From IMG/VR virus record IMGVR_UViG_3300028392_000050, positions 1 through 64,000 of that record: 64,000 nucleotides of DNA, one strand, 5' to 3'. The DNA comes from a virus. The notes under the pieces were generated by a model. That model ran no database searches, was not told where the DNA came from, and saw only the letters and a program-made list of their open reading frames with translations. Positions 19,791 to 29,204 of this stretch are shown here, in pieces; the stretch's first letter is position 1, and each line of letters opens with the position of its first letter. Both the position numbers and the translations under genes were made by a program.

Positions 19791-20068
19791 TGTGGAATGC
19801 CTTTAACCGAGAGATAAAGAGGCATTCATTTGCTATAAAAATGTTTGCGTATTTAATAGCACGAAGTTACTTGACTATACATAAACAAAACATTAGAATA
19901 AACGAATTAGAAAATCAATTAAAAAGATTTAAAGGATTAAGATGATAGAGTTATTAGCAATGATATTTGTATTTACATTCCTAGTAGCTCTAGGGGTGTT
20001 AATACTAACCGCGTTGTTTGTTTTTATTGGTACAATTTCCGGCTTGGATATTGACGCATTTCACGACG

Positions 20069-20218
20069 ATGAAGAGTAATAATTTATCAGGCACAACTTA
20101 CACCGGATGGTGTATAACTGGGCATCACATTAATTGCCCAAAAGTAGTAAAGTTATCAATGGGTACATTACAAGAAAAAGTGTGTGGCTGTGATTGTCAC
20201 GCAGAACAAGGAGAATAA
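20069..20218 (+). CDS. small Cys/His-rich protein
   Basis: TGWCITGHHINCP...CGCDCH. Confidence 0.55.
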   Translation: MKSNNLSGTTYTGWCITGHHINCPKVVKLSMGTLQEKVCGCDCHAEQGE

Positions 20219-20219
20219 C

Positions 20220-20657
20220 ATGTCATTTACACCAGGCGACCCAGGGGATTTTAACTCCCTGTCAGAGGCAGCAAAAGAATTTATCCGTAAAGCTGGGCCT
20301 ACAACAGAAGAACTAAAGCAACAGATTATTCAGGATAATTTTGAGGCAGCACTATCTACTAAGTTCCTAGAGGCCGAGGAACTGCTGGTCAAGAAGCACA
20401 AAGACTACGGACCAAAGAACATCAGTGAAAGCCCTGGCGGACCGTTGAACGGCCTTAGAGTACGTATGCATGACAAGCTGGCCAGAATCAACCATTTGTA
20501 CGACAGCGGCGCTACCCCTGAAAACGAGAGCCTACGCGACAGTTTTATAGATATGGCTAATTATTCCATTATTGCCCTTATGGTCCTTGACGGCGACTGG
20601 GATAACCGCGATATTGGCACCGTGCCGGATATCAGAGAAAAATTGGATTGGGCCTAA
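20220..20657 (+). CDS. nucleotide-modification-associated domain protein (DUF1599/Nmad1-like, MazG-type fold)
   Basis: KKHKDYG...RMHDKLARI...ESLRDSFIDMANYSII. Confidence 0.75.
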   Translation: MSFTPGDPGDFNSLSEAAKEFIRKAGPTTEELKQQIIQDNFEAALSTKFLEAEELLVKKHKDYGPKNISESPGGPLNGLRVRMHDKLARINHLYDSGATPENESLRDSFIDMANYSIIALMVLDGDWDNRDIGTVPDIREKLDWA

Positions 20658-20720
20658 ATTCAGCCTATTTTACCTTTATAGTAGTAACTACGGGAGTACT
20701 AACTACAACCAGAGGTAATA

Positions 20721-21002
20721 ATGTCCGAATCACCAGATGATAATGTGTTGCGCGTAAGCGCATCCAGCAACCCGCAGTCAGTTGCGTCTGCAATTGCCCA
20801 TGCTATTTACGAAAAGGGTACCTGTAGAATCCGCGCCGTAGGTGCAGGTCCAGTTAACCAGGCCGTAAAAGCCATTGCAATTGCTAGTGGATACACCGCC
20901 CCACGAGGAATCAGCCTAGTATGTATACCAGGTTTCCAGTCTGTGGAGATTAATGGCGAAAGCATCAGCGCAATCGTATTTAAAGTAAATTCAGTTAATT
21001 AA
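20721..21002 (+). CDS. spoVS: SpoVS-family protein
   Basis: LRVSASSNPQSVASAIA...AVGAGPVNQAVKAIAIA...PGF. Confidence 0.85.
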   Translation: MSESPDDNVLRVSASSNPQSVASAIAHAIYEKGTCRIRAVGAGPVNQAVKAIAIASGYTAPRGISLVCIPGFQSVEINGESISAIVFKVNSVN

Positions 21003-21067
21003 GCATATTTGGCTAATTCACTGTATCGTTATAGTATCAACCATCTTAGGCCAAAGAGGTAAAATCC

Positions 21068-21379
21068 ATGGAACAACCAAACAGCAAATTCCCAACTATG
21101 GGAACTAGTGCGTCTAACGGCGTTAAGAACGCTTCAGGCAAGCCACTAAAGGGCAAGCTAGTAAAGCGTAAGAACACCGCAGCTGGCGATTTGTCAGGTA
21201 AGAAGGGTGGACATGTTATGAAGCAGTCTACCTCAAAGCGTGCGTACGGCATCACCACAACGATGCCTTCATACGTGGACCCACAAATTGGTCCTACTCA
21301 GGGTAACGGTCGCATCTTCAAGTCTGCAACGAACCGTACCACTCCTAACTTTACCGATGGTATGTCAGACCACAACTAA
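21068..21379 (+). CDS. basic hypothetical protein
   Basis: GAGG RBS; followed by terminator. Confidence 0.65.
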   Translation: MEQPNSKFPTMGTSASNGVKNASGKPLKGKLVKRKNTAAGDLSGKKGGHVMKQSTSKRAYGITTTMPSYVDPQIGPTQGNGRIFKSATNRTTPNFTDGMSDHN

Positions 21380-21390
21380 AGTTAGCCACA

Positions 21391-21419
21391 AAAAGCCCGC
21401 CGAAAGGCGGGTTTTTTTT
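21391..21419 (+). terminator. intrinsic terminator
   Basis: GCCCGCC-GAAA-GGCGGGT-TTTTTTT. Confidence 0.85.
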
Positions 21420-21513
21420 ATACCTTGACAAAGTAAGCATTATCGGCAATAATCATGGTGTACCGCGACAACATGTGGTACAGTACTAATGAACATTAAC
21501 CGAGAGAAGGAAT

Positions 21514-21756
21514 ATGTTACTAGACGAACTAAAAATATTGGCCAGTAAAGCAGCTGTGGATGGCTGCGTAGTAGGCGTTTGGATAAAAAATCAAGACGCT
21601 GAGTTCCAGGAAGTATTTGGAATACTAAAGGACCGACCAAACCTAAACCTAACTGAAACGTTAGCCTTAATTAAAAAGTATCATCCAGAAATTCCATTTA
21701 AACGTACGTCATTTACATCCCATATGAGAGGAACATGCACTTGTCCGACAGCTTAG
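21514..21756 (+). CDS. hypothetical protein
   Basis: GAGAGAAGGAA RBS; H...C.C terminus. Confidence 0.65.
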   Translation: MLLDELKILASKAAVDGCVVGVWIKNQDAEFQEVFGILKDRPNLNLTETLALIKKYHPEIPFKRTSFTSHMRGTCTCPTA

Positions 21757-22751
21757 CTCAAGAATTAGCAAAACTTTTAAAAGAAGACCCAATAAAGCCA
21801 TTCCCAATTATGCAGGCACAGAAGATGACAATTAAGCCATCAACTATTGTCAAGCCTAAAAAGGGAAAAAACGATTGGAAACTGGCCGCCTTGTTGCCAG
21901 ACACACAGATTGGATACCGTGTATATGAAGACGGTACAGTAATTGAATTCCATTCTGAGAAAGCAATTGACATTGCACTACAGATACTAAATTACGCGCA
22001 CCAGCAGTTTGGCGTGGATACTGTGGTAAACCTAGGAGATACCCTAGACCTACCTGCACAGAGCCGTCACCACCAGGAGATTGCGTTTCAGAACTCAACT
22101 AACCTAGCTATCCAGCGTGGTTATGAATATCTGGCTGCCCAGCGTGCCACCGTGCCAGACGCGGAAATCGTATTCCTAGAAGGTAACCACGATTGCCGTA
22201 TATATAAGTATTTGGCAGAGAACGCTCCAGCCGTATCAAATATGCGTCAGGCAGGGACTACCCCAAGTGATTGGCCAGTAAACAGCCTGCCACACCTATT
22301 GCGTATGGATGAGCTCGGAATTAAGTACGCCAGCGGATATCCAGCGGGCGAGTACTGGTTGAACGAAAACTTACGTTGCATCCACGGCGATCGAGTTAAT
22401 TCAAGCGGCAGCACAGCTATGAAGTATATTAATTCAAATCACCACGTTTCCGTAATTTATGGGCATATTCACCGAATTGAAATGCTGTATCACACTAACC
22501 ACACAAGCACCGGTCCAGGTAGAAATGCTGCATTTAGCCCTGGATGTCTATGCCGTGTAGATGGTTCGGTACCTAGCGTCAAGGGCGGAATTACTCCAAA
22601 TGAAAAGCCAGTTAAATACTGGGAGAACTGGCAGCAGGGCGTTGGATTTGCTTGGTACAAAGACACAGGCGAATTTACCCTATTATCAGTGCCAATCCTA
22701 GATGACTGGGCAGTATTTATGGGCCAAGAGTTTAGAACTAAATTAGCCTAA
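21735..22751 (+). CDS. calcineurin-like metallophosphoesterase
   Basis: PDTQ, LGDTLD, EGNHD, HGD, GHIHR. Confidence 0.88.
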   Translation: MHLSDSLAQELAKLLKEDPIKPFPIMQAQKMTIKPSTIVKPKKGKNDWKLAALLPDTQIGYRVYEDGTVIEFHSEKAIDIALQILNYAHQQFGVDTVVNLGDTLDLPAQSRHHQEIAFQNSTNLAIQRGYEYLAAQRATVPDAEIVFLEGNHDCRIYKYLAENAPAVSNMRQAGTTPSDWPVNSLPHLLRMDELGIKYASGYPAGEYWLNENLRCIHGDRVNSSGSTAMKYINSNHHVSVIYGHIHRIEMLYHTNHTSTGPGRNAAFSPGCLCRVDGSVPSVKGGITPNEKPVKYWENWQQGVGFAWYKDTGEFTLLSVPILDDWAVFMGQEFRTKLA

Positions 22752-22771
22752 TAAGCGTATAAACTTGTCGT

Positions 22772-23299
22772 ATGGCCTCAGCACATCAAAATACCCAAAG
22801 CCTAGGCGCTGGCGGTTTATACGGAACTTACACTAATTATGGTGGCGGTGGCGTTGCTGTTGCACGTTCAGAACTTGATTACCTGCGCATGGGTGTGGGT
22901 CGTGAACCGTCTGCAGAATATCCTGACGGTTATTTAGGAACAATTAGAACTCGCCGCGATGACCGTGGACGCCCTAATAGCGTATCTGAGCAGGTCTTAA
23001 ATGGCCTAAAAGTACGCCAAACGCAACGTGGATATCAGCGCGGCGTTCATCGCGGCGAGCGTATTGACCCAGGTGACTATTATTTAGCACCTGAATTTGC
23101 TGTAGATAGAGGAATTAAACGACAAATGGTAGCAGCTCGTAAAGGCGTACCAACCCCTCGTTTTGCACCTGCTTTCTCACTAGCACCGGCCCCTCACCTA
23201 GTAAATGACGGTAAGGCAAATACTCGTTCTAGCGCACCGCTAGAGATGAACAACGTCCGCAAGTCACAGCTACGCGGCCTATCACCACAGTGGAGATAA
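22772..23299 (+). CDS. hypothetical protein, leaderless
   Basis: TAAACT -10 element 6 nt before ATG. Confidence 0.7.
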   Translation: MASAHQNTQSLGAGGLYGTYTNYGGGGVAVARSELDYLRMGVGREPSAEYPDGYLGTIRTRRDDRGRPNSVSEQVLNGLKVRQTQRGYQRGVHRGERIDPGDYYLAPEFAVDRGIKRQMVAARKGVPTPRFAPAFSLAPAPHLVNDGKANTRSSAPLEMNNVRKSQLRGLSPQWR

Positions 23300-23300
23300 A

Positions 23301-23657
23301 TTGCCTAATACCCCAAATGGTAAATATGGATTTAGGGCGTGGGATAAGCCAGTAGGCGTACCTCCACAGGCCGCCATGCCTCCGCAGGAATATATTGGCC
23401 CATTTGCTAGCAATAACGAACGTATGCTTAGCCAGGCCCTAAAAGTAGGTAACTTGACATCTGCTGAAATCCAAGAGTATGTTCGTCCGCCAATGCCTCA
23501 AATCCAGTTATTCCCTAATAAATTTGGTTACGAAACCTCAGAATATGGCATTAAAGATATAGTAGAACTATCTGGTCGCGTTCAACAGCGCACCGATTAC
23601 TCACAGCAGCCTACTACAACAGAATCAACTAGCAGAAATGCGTTAGGAAATACCTAA
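23301..23657 (+). CDS. hypothetical protein
   Basis: GGAG RBS, TTG start. Confidence 0.65.
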   Translation: MPNTPNGKYGFRAWDKPVGVPPQAAMPPQEYIGPFASNNERMLSQALKVGNLTSAEIQEYVRPPMPQIQLFPNKFGYETSEYGIKDIVELSGRVQQRTDYSQQPTTTESTSRNALGNT

Positions 23658-23658
23658 T

Positions 23659-23868
23659 ATGGATTTAAGAATGATTGACCCAAATGGTGAGGGTACAGCA
23701 TTTCCTGCACCATACCCAGCAGACATGGGTCGTACACAGTATAATGGGGATAAAGGTTGTACAAGCTGCGGCCTGATTTTAAACCCAGTTCAAGCCCTTA
23801 ATTCGGATATCTGCCCGTCCTGTTCAAGACGTGAAGCAGTAAAACGTTTTAAAAATAAGATGGTCTAA
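23659..23868 (+). CDS. small zinc-ribbon protein
   Basis: CTSC...CPSC. Confidence 0.6.
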   Translation: MDLRMIDPNGEGTAFPAPYPADMGRTQYNGDKGCTSCGLILNPVQALNSDICPSCSRREAVKRFKNKMV

Positions 23869-23879
23869 GGAGACACATT

Positions 23880-25186
23880 ATGGCAAACACGCCAAAACCT
23901 ACTCGTAAAGTAATAAAGTCGGTTGTAGCTAGAAACGCTGATAAGCCGCGTAGTAGCAAAGGTAAGCCGTTGTTGAACCCATCTGATAACATGAAGACGC
24001 CTAAAGCAACATCAGAGTATGGTAAAGTTTGGGCCGATGATAAGGCCTGGAAAAAGACCTTTTCTGCTTTAGACAAAAAACAACCGGGAAACCCTAAAAG
24101 AACCGGCCCAGTTTCTTCAAAAGTACGCTCAAATAAAGGTAAATAATCATGGCAGTAAAGAAAAACTTAAATAATCCGATGGGTAAAAAATCTAATGCAG
24201 ATGGTATTAAAAAAACAACTTCTACTAAAGAACCCGCTAAACTTGGTGGTCGTTCCTATAGAGTGGACCAACATGATGAATCATTGCGCAATAAGACTAC
24301 TGTTGGCCCTAACACAAAGCGTTTTGAAGTAGGTACCGTAGCGCCTGCAAATAAGTCCGTCCGTTCCGTAAAAACAGACATTAGAAAAAATGGTGCACCT
24401 AGCTCGCCAACTAGTATAGGAAATAAAAAAGGTACAAAATTAGCACAAAATAAATTTAAAAGAAATCTTAAGAAAGGCAAATAACCATGGCAGTTAACGA
24501 ATCACGTTCATTGAACCAGAGCCTAGAGAACGGCGCAACTGACGGTAAATACCGTAAGCGTCGCCCAAACACCGAAGTTATCCCTGGCCAAGGTGACCAG
24601 ACTGTAGTAAAGAACCGTGCGGGTTTACACCCATACATGAACTACGGTTTCATTAACAGCGAAGACCCAAACAAAGTAAATCCAGGAAAGTAAGTAAAAT
24701 GGCATTATTTAAAAATAGAAAAACAAATAAGCTAGAAGACCTAAACGGTTCATACGGAGCATACAAGGCCGCAGACGCTAGCCCTGGTCATCGCTTAAAC
24801 CCAAACCTATCAGGCAAAGAGCAGATGAACAATGGTACTCGTGTTCCTGGCCGCCCAAACACTGCGGCTGACAATGGTACTCTTGTTCCTGGAGTAAACC
24901 GCCCAAACACTTCGGCTGATTATAAAGCTAAGCAAGGCACCCTTGCTAGAGTGCAAAGCGCTAAAGTCCCGGGAGTAAAGAAGCCAGGAATGTAATCATG
25001 GGTCTATTTAGAGACCGCAGGAGTAAAGGTAAAGTAGTAGAAATAGCCGATACACAAAAACCAGCTTCGAGTGATACGCCTGCGCCTCCGTACAGTTCAA
25101 AGCATCCAGTACGTTCTCACAAACAAAATTTAGAAGTATCAAGAAGACCTAGAGAATTAAGAACATCTAACATAAATAAAGAATAA
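23880..25186 (+). other. run of five short, mostly Lys/Arg-rich ORFs (23880-24146, 24149-24484, 24487-24693, 24699-24995, 24998-25186)
   Basis: Tightly packed ORFs with 2-5 nt gaps; low-complexity basic sequences. Confidence 0.65.
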
Positions 25187-25223
25187 TATGATAGGCTAAT
25201 CACCTATCTACTAGGAGCACTAC

Positions 25224-25712
25224 ATGGCTAAAGAAGAACAAGAACCGTATTTCCGTTTACTTGTATGTAAGACCTGTCGTACCATTGACGAGCTTCCTCC
25301 TGCCGAGGAAGACCCAGGCGATACCCTTTTAACTATCACAGCAGAACGCCACGGCGAACTGCACTATGGCCGTTTGTGGAACGTTCCAAAGGCTATTTGG
25401 ATGACCCCAGCCCTTAAAGAAGATGTTGTAAAGCAACTATCTGGTGGCGAGGGCGAAGGACTAGGTCTGCCTTTCTACAATACCCGTATGCAGTTTGCGG
25501 AAGACGCTATGTCGTGTTATAGTTTACACCTACGCCCAAAGGGTCAATGCGCTGATTACAAGTCAGACAAAAAGAAACTTTCGGCGGGTACCGAGCAAAT
25601 GCGTAGAGCCGAAAAACTAGACGCATACTCAGGTCCAACTATTTACCTGTGCGATTTCTGCCCAGTTAAATCGTTTAATATGGTTAAACATCACGACAAG
25701 ACTATTAAGTAA
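25224..25712 (+). CDS. Cys-rich hypothetical protein
   Basis: CKTC...H and C...C...CDFC motifs; AGGAG RBS. Confidence 0.7.
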   Translation: MAKEEQEPYFRLLVCKTCRTIDELPPAEEDPGDTLLTITAERHGELHYGRLWNVPKAIWMTPALKEDVVKQLSGGEGEGLGLPFYNTRMQFAEDAMSCYSLHLRPKGQCADYKSDKKKLSAGTEQMRRAEKLDAYSGPTIYLCDFCPVKSFNMVKHHDKTIK

Positions 25713-25723
25713 AGGAATAACAG

Positions 25724-26020
25724 ATGGCACTCGGAGAACAAAACGAAACCACTACACCAGAGGACGAGAAGACCCCTAGATTTGAGACTGGGTTTATTGT
25801 CTTAAAAGGCGAAAGCGGAGCTTGGCACGTACTGACAGACCTATCAGCCAAGATTGACATTGACCGTGAAGTCAGCGTTAATGAGGTAAGAGCCGCTACT
25901 ACCGAAATTACCTATTCAATTGGTCAGCAGCAGCTAGCCGCCTTGGTAATTTCAGCCCTTTCACCACAACCTTCGGATATCAACCTAGAAGGCCAAACTG
26001 AGGGTACAATAAAAGAGTAA
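25724..26020 (+). CDS. hypothetical protein
   Basis: AAGGA RBS. Confidence 0.65.
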   Translation: MALGEQNETTTPEDEKTPRFETGFIVLKGESGAWHVLTDLSAKIDIDREVSVNEVRAATTEITYSIGQQQLAALVISALSPQPSDINLEGQTEGTIKE

Positions 26021-26042
26021 ACCCCTTGGTTAGGAGCCCATC

Positions 26043-26252
26043 ATGTTCGCAGAAATGTCCTGTAAGTGCGGTTCAACCCTGCAACTTGATGGGCTCAATG
26101 ACACCTTCACTGAGTTTACAACTATTAGATTTCTAGAGGCCCATGTTGGCTGTGGATTTGTAACCCCAGTTAAAAAAGATGAGCCAGATAAGACCACTAA
26201 ACGAGATGTTGATTTTAAGCGCATCGTGTTTAAGGATGACGACGAGGATTAA
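26043..26252 (+). CDS. small zinc-binding protein
   Basis: CKCG...H..C; AGGAG RBS. Confidence 0.6.
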   Translation: MFAEMSCKCGSTLQLDGLNDTFTEFTTIRFLEAHVGCGFVTPVKKDEPDKTTKRDVDFKRIVFKDDDED

Positions 26253-27146
26253 ATGTTAGAACCAGCAGAGACATCATACTTTAGTAAGCCTTCTGTTGGA
26301 CTAGACCCACGGTTATTCAGAGATGGAAACCTACAAGGTTCGGTTCGTTCAGCTATTCTGCAATTACTATTTAATCATTTAAACGGCCTTTACACAGGAG
26401 CAGAGTCCTGGTCCCACGTTTGGCTAGCCGGATCGGGTGTTTCGTATCAGTGGGCCGCACACCGCGACCCAGGCGATTTAGATTGCTTAATCGGAATTGA
26501 TTACCCTAAATTTAGGCAATCAAATCTTAGATTTATGGGGTTAAGCGACCAAGAAATAGCCTCAATGCTTAACGAAGAGTTCCGCGAGAAGCTGCACCCT
26601 ATTACTGATAGGTTCCTCGGCTCGTTTGAACTAACCTTTTATGTAAATGTTCGTAGCAACATTGTAGATATTAAACCTTACGCCGCCTATTCAGTTACCG
26701 ATGATAACTGGACTGTTACCCCAAGTATGGAAACCGTTGAGGCTAACCCAGCTTGGCTAAATGCTATTGAGAACGACAGACTAATGGCAATTGATATATT
26801 GTCAAAATACGTATCCGCTAAGAACAAGTACGAGCAGGCTAGCAACGAAGCAGTTAAAGCAAACGCCCGTTCAGAAATGCGTATGGCTATGTCACAGGGT
26901 ATAGCATTATATGAGAGCGTACATTCAGAGCGCTCAAACGCCTTTAGCCCATCAGGTGAAGGTTATTCAGATTTTGCTAACTACCGTTGGCAAGCAGGTA
27001 AGCAATCAGGAGTTATCCAGTCCCTTCGTAGTCTAAAAGAAGAGATGGACGCCGAAGACGAAGCACTAAATAAATCAAAATACGGAGTAGATTTGCCAGA
27101 CGCGAATACCCTAATTCGCCGCGCTGCAACTCGTCACCAATACTAG
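26253..27146 (+). CDS. Pol-beta-superfamily nucleotidyltransferase
   Basis: LAGSGVSYQW...GDLDCLI (GS...DxD). Confidence 0.75.
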   Translation: MLEPAETSYFSKPSVGLDPRLFRDGNLQGSVRSAILQLLFNHLNGLYTGAESWSHVWLAGSGVSYQWAAHRDPGDLDCLIGIDYPKFRQSNLRFMGLSDQEIASMLNEEFREKLHPITDRFLGSFELTFYVNVRSNIVDIKPYAAYSVTDDNWTVTPSMETVEANPAWLNAIENDRLMAIDILSKYVSAKNKYEQASNEAVKANARSEMRMAMSQGIALYESVHSERSNAFSPSGEGYSDFANYRWQAGKQSGVIQSLRSLKEEMDAEDEALNKSKYGVDLPDANTLIRRAATRHQY

Positions 27147-27158
27147 AAAGACTTAATC

Positions 27159-27614
27159 GTGGCAATTGTAATGTTCCTTGACGGAGTATTGCGTTCTGAT
27201 ACTAAGACGCCAATATATGAGGGTGTTTCCCTATATAAAGCCCTAAATGTTAATGGGCTAGTTACCCTTGCCTGCGAAGACCAGGAAGAAGCCCAGCGTT
27301 GGTGCAAAGAGCACAAACTAAATGACGTTGATGGGTTTATTTCTAATAAAAGCGTTGGCGAATACCCAGATAAAGACTTCCTCAAAATACAGCACCAGCA
27401 GGCTTCAGGGCCCTTGCACATGGTTGTCACAGCAGATATGGATTTGGCTGTTAAATGCCTTGAGCACGGCATTAAAACCCTTTTATGGCTACATCCTGTC
27501 TATTTAAATGCTAAATTCAGACCAGACGGCAGAGATGGGCGCAAGAGTTGGGATGCTGTAGTTAGTGAACTAGACAGACAAGTACAACTTAAGTTAGAGG
27601 ATGACCGTCTATGA
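27159..27614 (+). CDS. HAD-fold protein (first Asp of DxD absent)
   Basis: MFLDGVL motif I remnant; Rossmann-like pattern. Confidence 0.55.
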   Translation: MAIVMFLDGVLRSDTKTPIYEGVSLYKALNVNGLVTLACEDQEEAQRWCKEHKLNDVDGFISNKSVGEYPDKDFLKIQHQQASGPLHMVVTADMDLAVKCLEHGIKTLLWLHPVYLNAKFRPDGRDGRKSWDAVVSELDRQVQLKLEDDRL

Positions 27615-29053
27615 GAATAGTATATTTGGGTGGCGAAGTACCTAGTAATAGGACTATCCTAGACCACGGCGGAGCTAAGCGAGTTGGCGTTAGTTACTGG
27701 GGCATTGTAAAGCGTGGATTGCCAAAGACTAAAGAGTATTTGCTAGAAAACTACTTTAAAGATGATGTTGAGATATATGTACATCCAGGCATCCCAGCTG
27801 TAGCAGAGCTAACTGAGCAGGAGTTATTTGATTTTTGCGCCGATTATGAAGAGTTTATTCATAATAACCTAAAAAGAATTACCCTTTTTACAGAGGTAGT
27901 CCATCCATCGCTTCCAGATGACTTTATAGCCCAGCAGAGGGCCTCTGCGTGGCACGAAATAGATGAGGCCAAGTTTGGTGTCATCTACCGGTCAGGGAAC
28001 CTTGAGAGCCTTGCTACAAGGTATTTAAATATATTTATACACGGAGATATTGCCGAACCACTATTACCTATGCTTCGTAAGTTTACCTCGCAGCACGGGA
28101 CCAGCTTCCACTTGCTTAACTCTATCAAGCCTGATATGTTCCGTAATTCACCGTTTGAGACAACCAGCACTTTGGCGTGGCTATCTCCTATGATGAGGGG
28201 CGAAACTATTGTCTGGTATGGTAACCAACTACACCGTTACCCAAAGCGTATGAAAGAGCAGGCTAGGTCTAGATACAAGGCTGCCTACGAAGCCGCTAAC
28301 CTAAACTTTGATAAGATACTGGCAGATGACGCTGTGGAAATATCTAAATTAGCAATTTGGTCATACAATCAATTAGAAGAATGGGCACTAAAAACAGGTG
28401 CAGGGCTAGTAACTAGCGCCAGTGCTTCGTCACCCGGTGATTTATCGGAAACACCCTCCTCTGATGTTACTGGTGGGGGGTCTGAACAAGGGAAACTTGT
28501 GACAAGAAATCCCGCTGAAATTCGTACTTTACCTGTGCTTGGTGTTGAAGTTTCACGAGTAATTGAGCAAGACGAAACTGGGCGCGATATCATTAAAGAA
28601 GTGCCTGTGCTTCGCTCTAACAGCACTAGCCTACGTCAGTGTAATACCTGTTTCGTTAAAGACAATTGCCCAGCGTTTAAGGTTGATAACCCTTGTGCGT
28701 TTAACCTACCAGTTGAGGTAAAGACCAAGGAACAACTTAAGGGCTTAATTAACTCACTCCTGGAAATACAAGGGCAACGAGTGGCATTTGCTAAATTTGC
28801 CGAGGATTTAAATGGCGGATATCCTGACCCAAACACAGGTTTAGAGATGGATAGGTTCTTTAAAATGCTTAAAACAATTAAAGAATTAGACGAGTCAAAA
28901 GAGGTTATGCGGGTCACGATGGAACGCGGAAGCTCGGCTGGAGTGCTGTCTAGTTTATTCGGTGAGAGGGCTCAAAAACTAACCGAATTACCTAATAATG
29001 GGCTTAATGAAGAACAGACAAACGAAGTAATTAAGAAAATTACAGACGTTTAG
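27611..29053 (+). CDS. degenerate tRNA-guanine transglycosylase-like domain fused to a Cys4 zinc domain
   Basis: FHLL...PFETTSTLAWLSPMMRG resembles the HxLG...SxDSxxW...G segment of phage TGT-like proteins; CNTC...CP...C downstream. Confidence 0.45.
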   Translation: MRIVYLGGEVPSNRTILDHGGAKRVGVSYWGIVKRGLPKTKEYLLENYFKDDVEIYVHPGIPAVAELTEQELFDFCADYEEFIHNNLKRITLFTEVVHPSLPDDFIAQQRASAWHEIDEAKFGVIYRSGNLESLATRYLNIFIHGDIAEPLLPMLRKFTSQHGTSFHLLNSIKPDMFRNSPFETTSTLAWLSPMMRGETIVWYGNQLHRYPKRMKEQARSRYKAAYEAANLNFDKILADDAVEISKLAIWSYNQLEEWALKTGAGLVTSASASSPGDLSETPSSDVTGGGSEQGKLVTRNPAEIRTLPVLGVEVSRVIEQDETGRDIIKEVPVLRSNSTSLRQCNTCFVKDNCPAFKVDNPCAFNLPVEVKTKEQLKGLINSLLEIQGQRVAFAKFAEDLNGGYPDPNTGLEMDRFFKMLKTIKELDESKEVMRVTMERGSSAGVLSSLFGERAQKLTELPNNGLNEEQTNEVIKKITDV

Positions 29054-29204
29054 GCTAGTTACTAGCCCACCCTATTTTGGCTGATTTAGGCATAGTCTGA
29101 AATCTGCTCAAAATAACACACCCAATCTCAAATTTCTACTCAATCCCGATGAGAGATAATCTATACTAGAACATCTAACCCCCCATAAAAGAATAGGAAA
29201 TGCT

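Noticed and set aside
27611-29053. 7-deazaguanine DNA modification (DpdA) pathway
   Set aside because: Catalytic motifs look degenerate and no preQ0 synthesis genes are visible in this window
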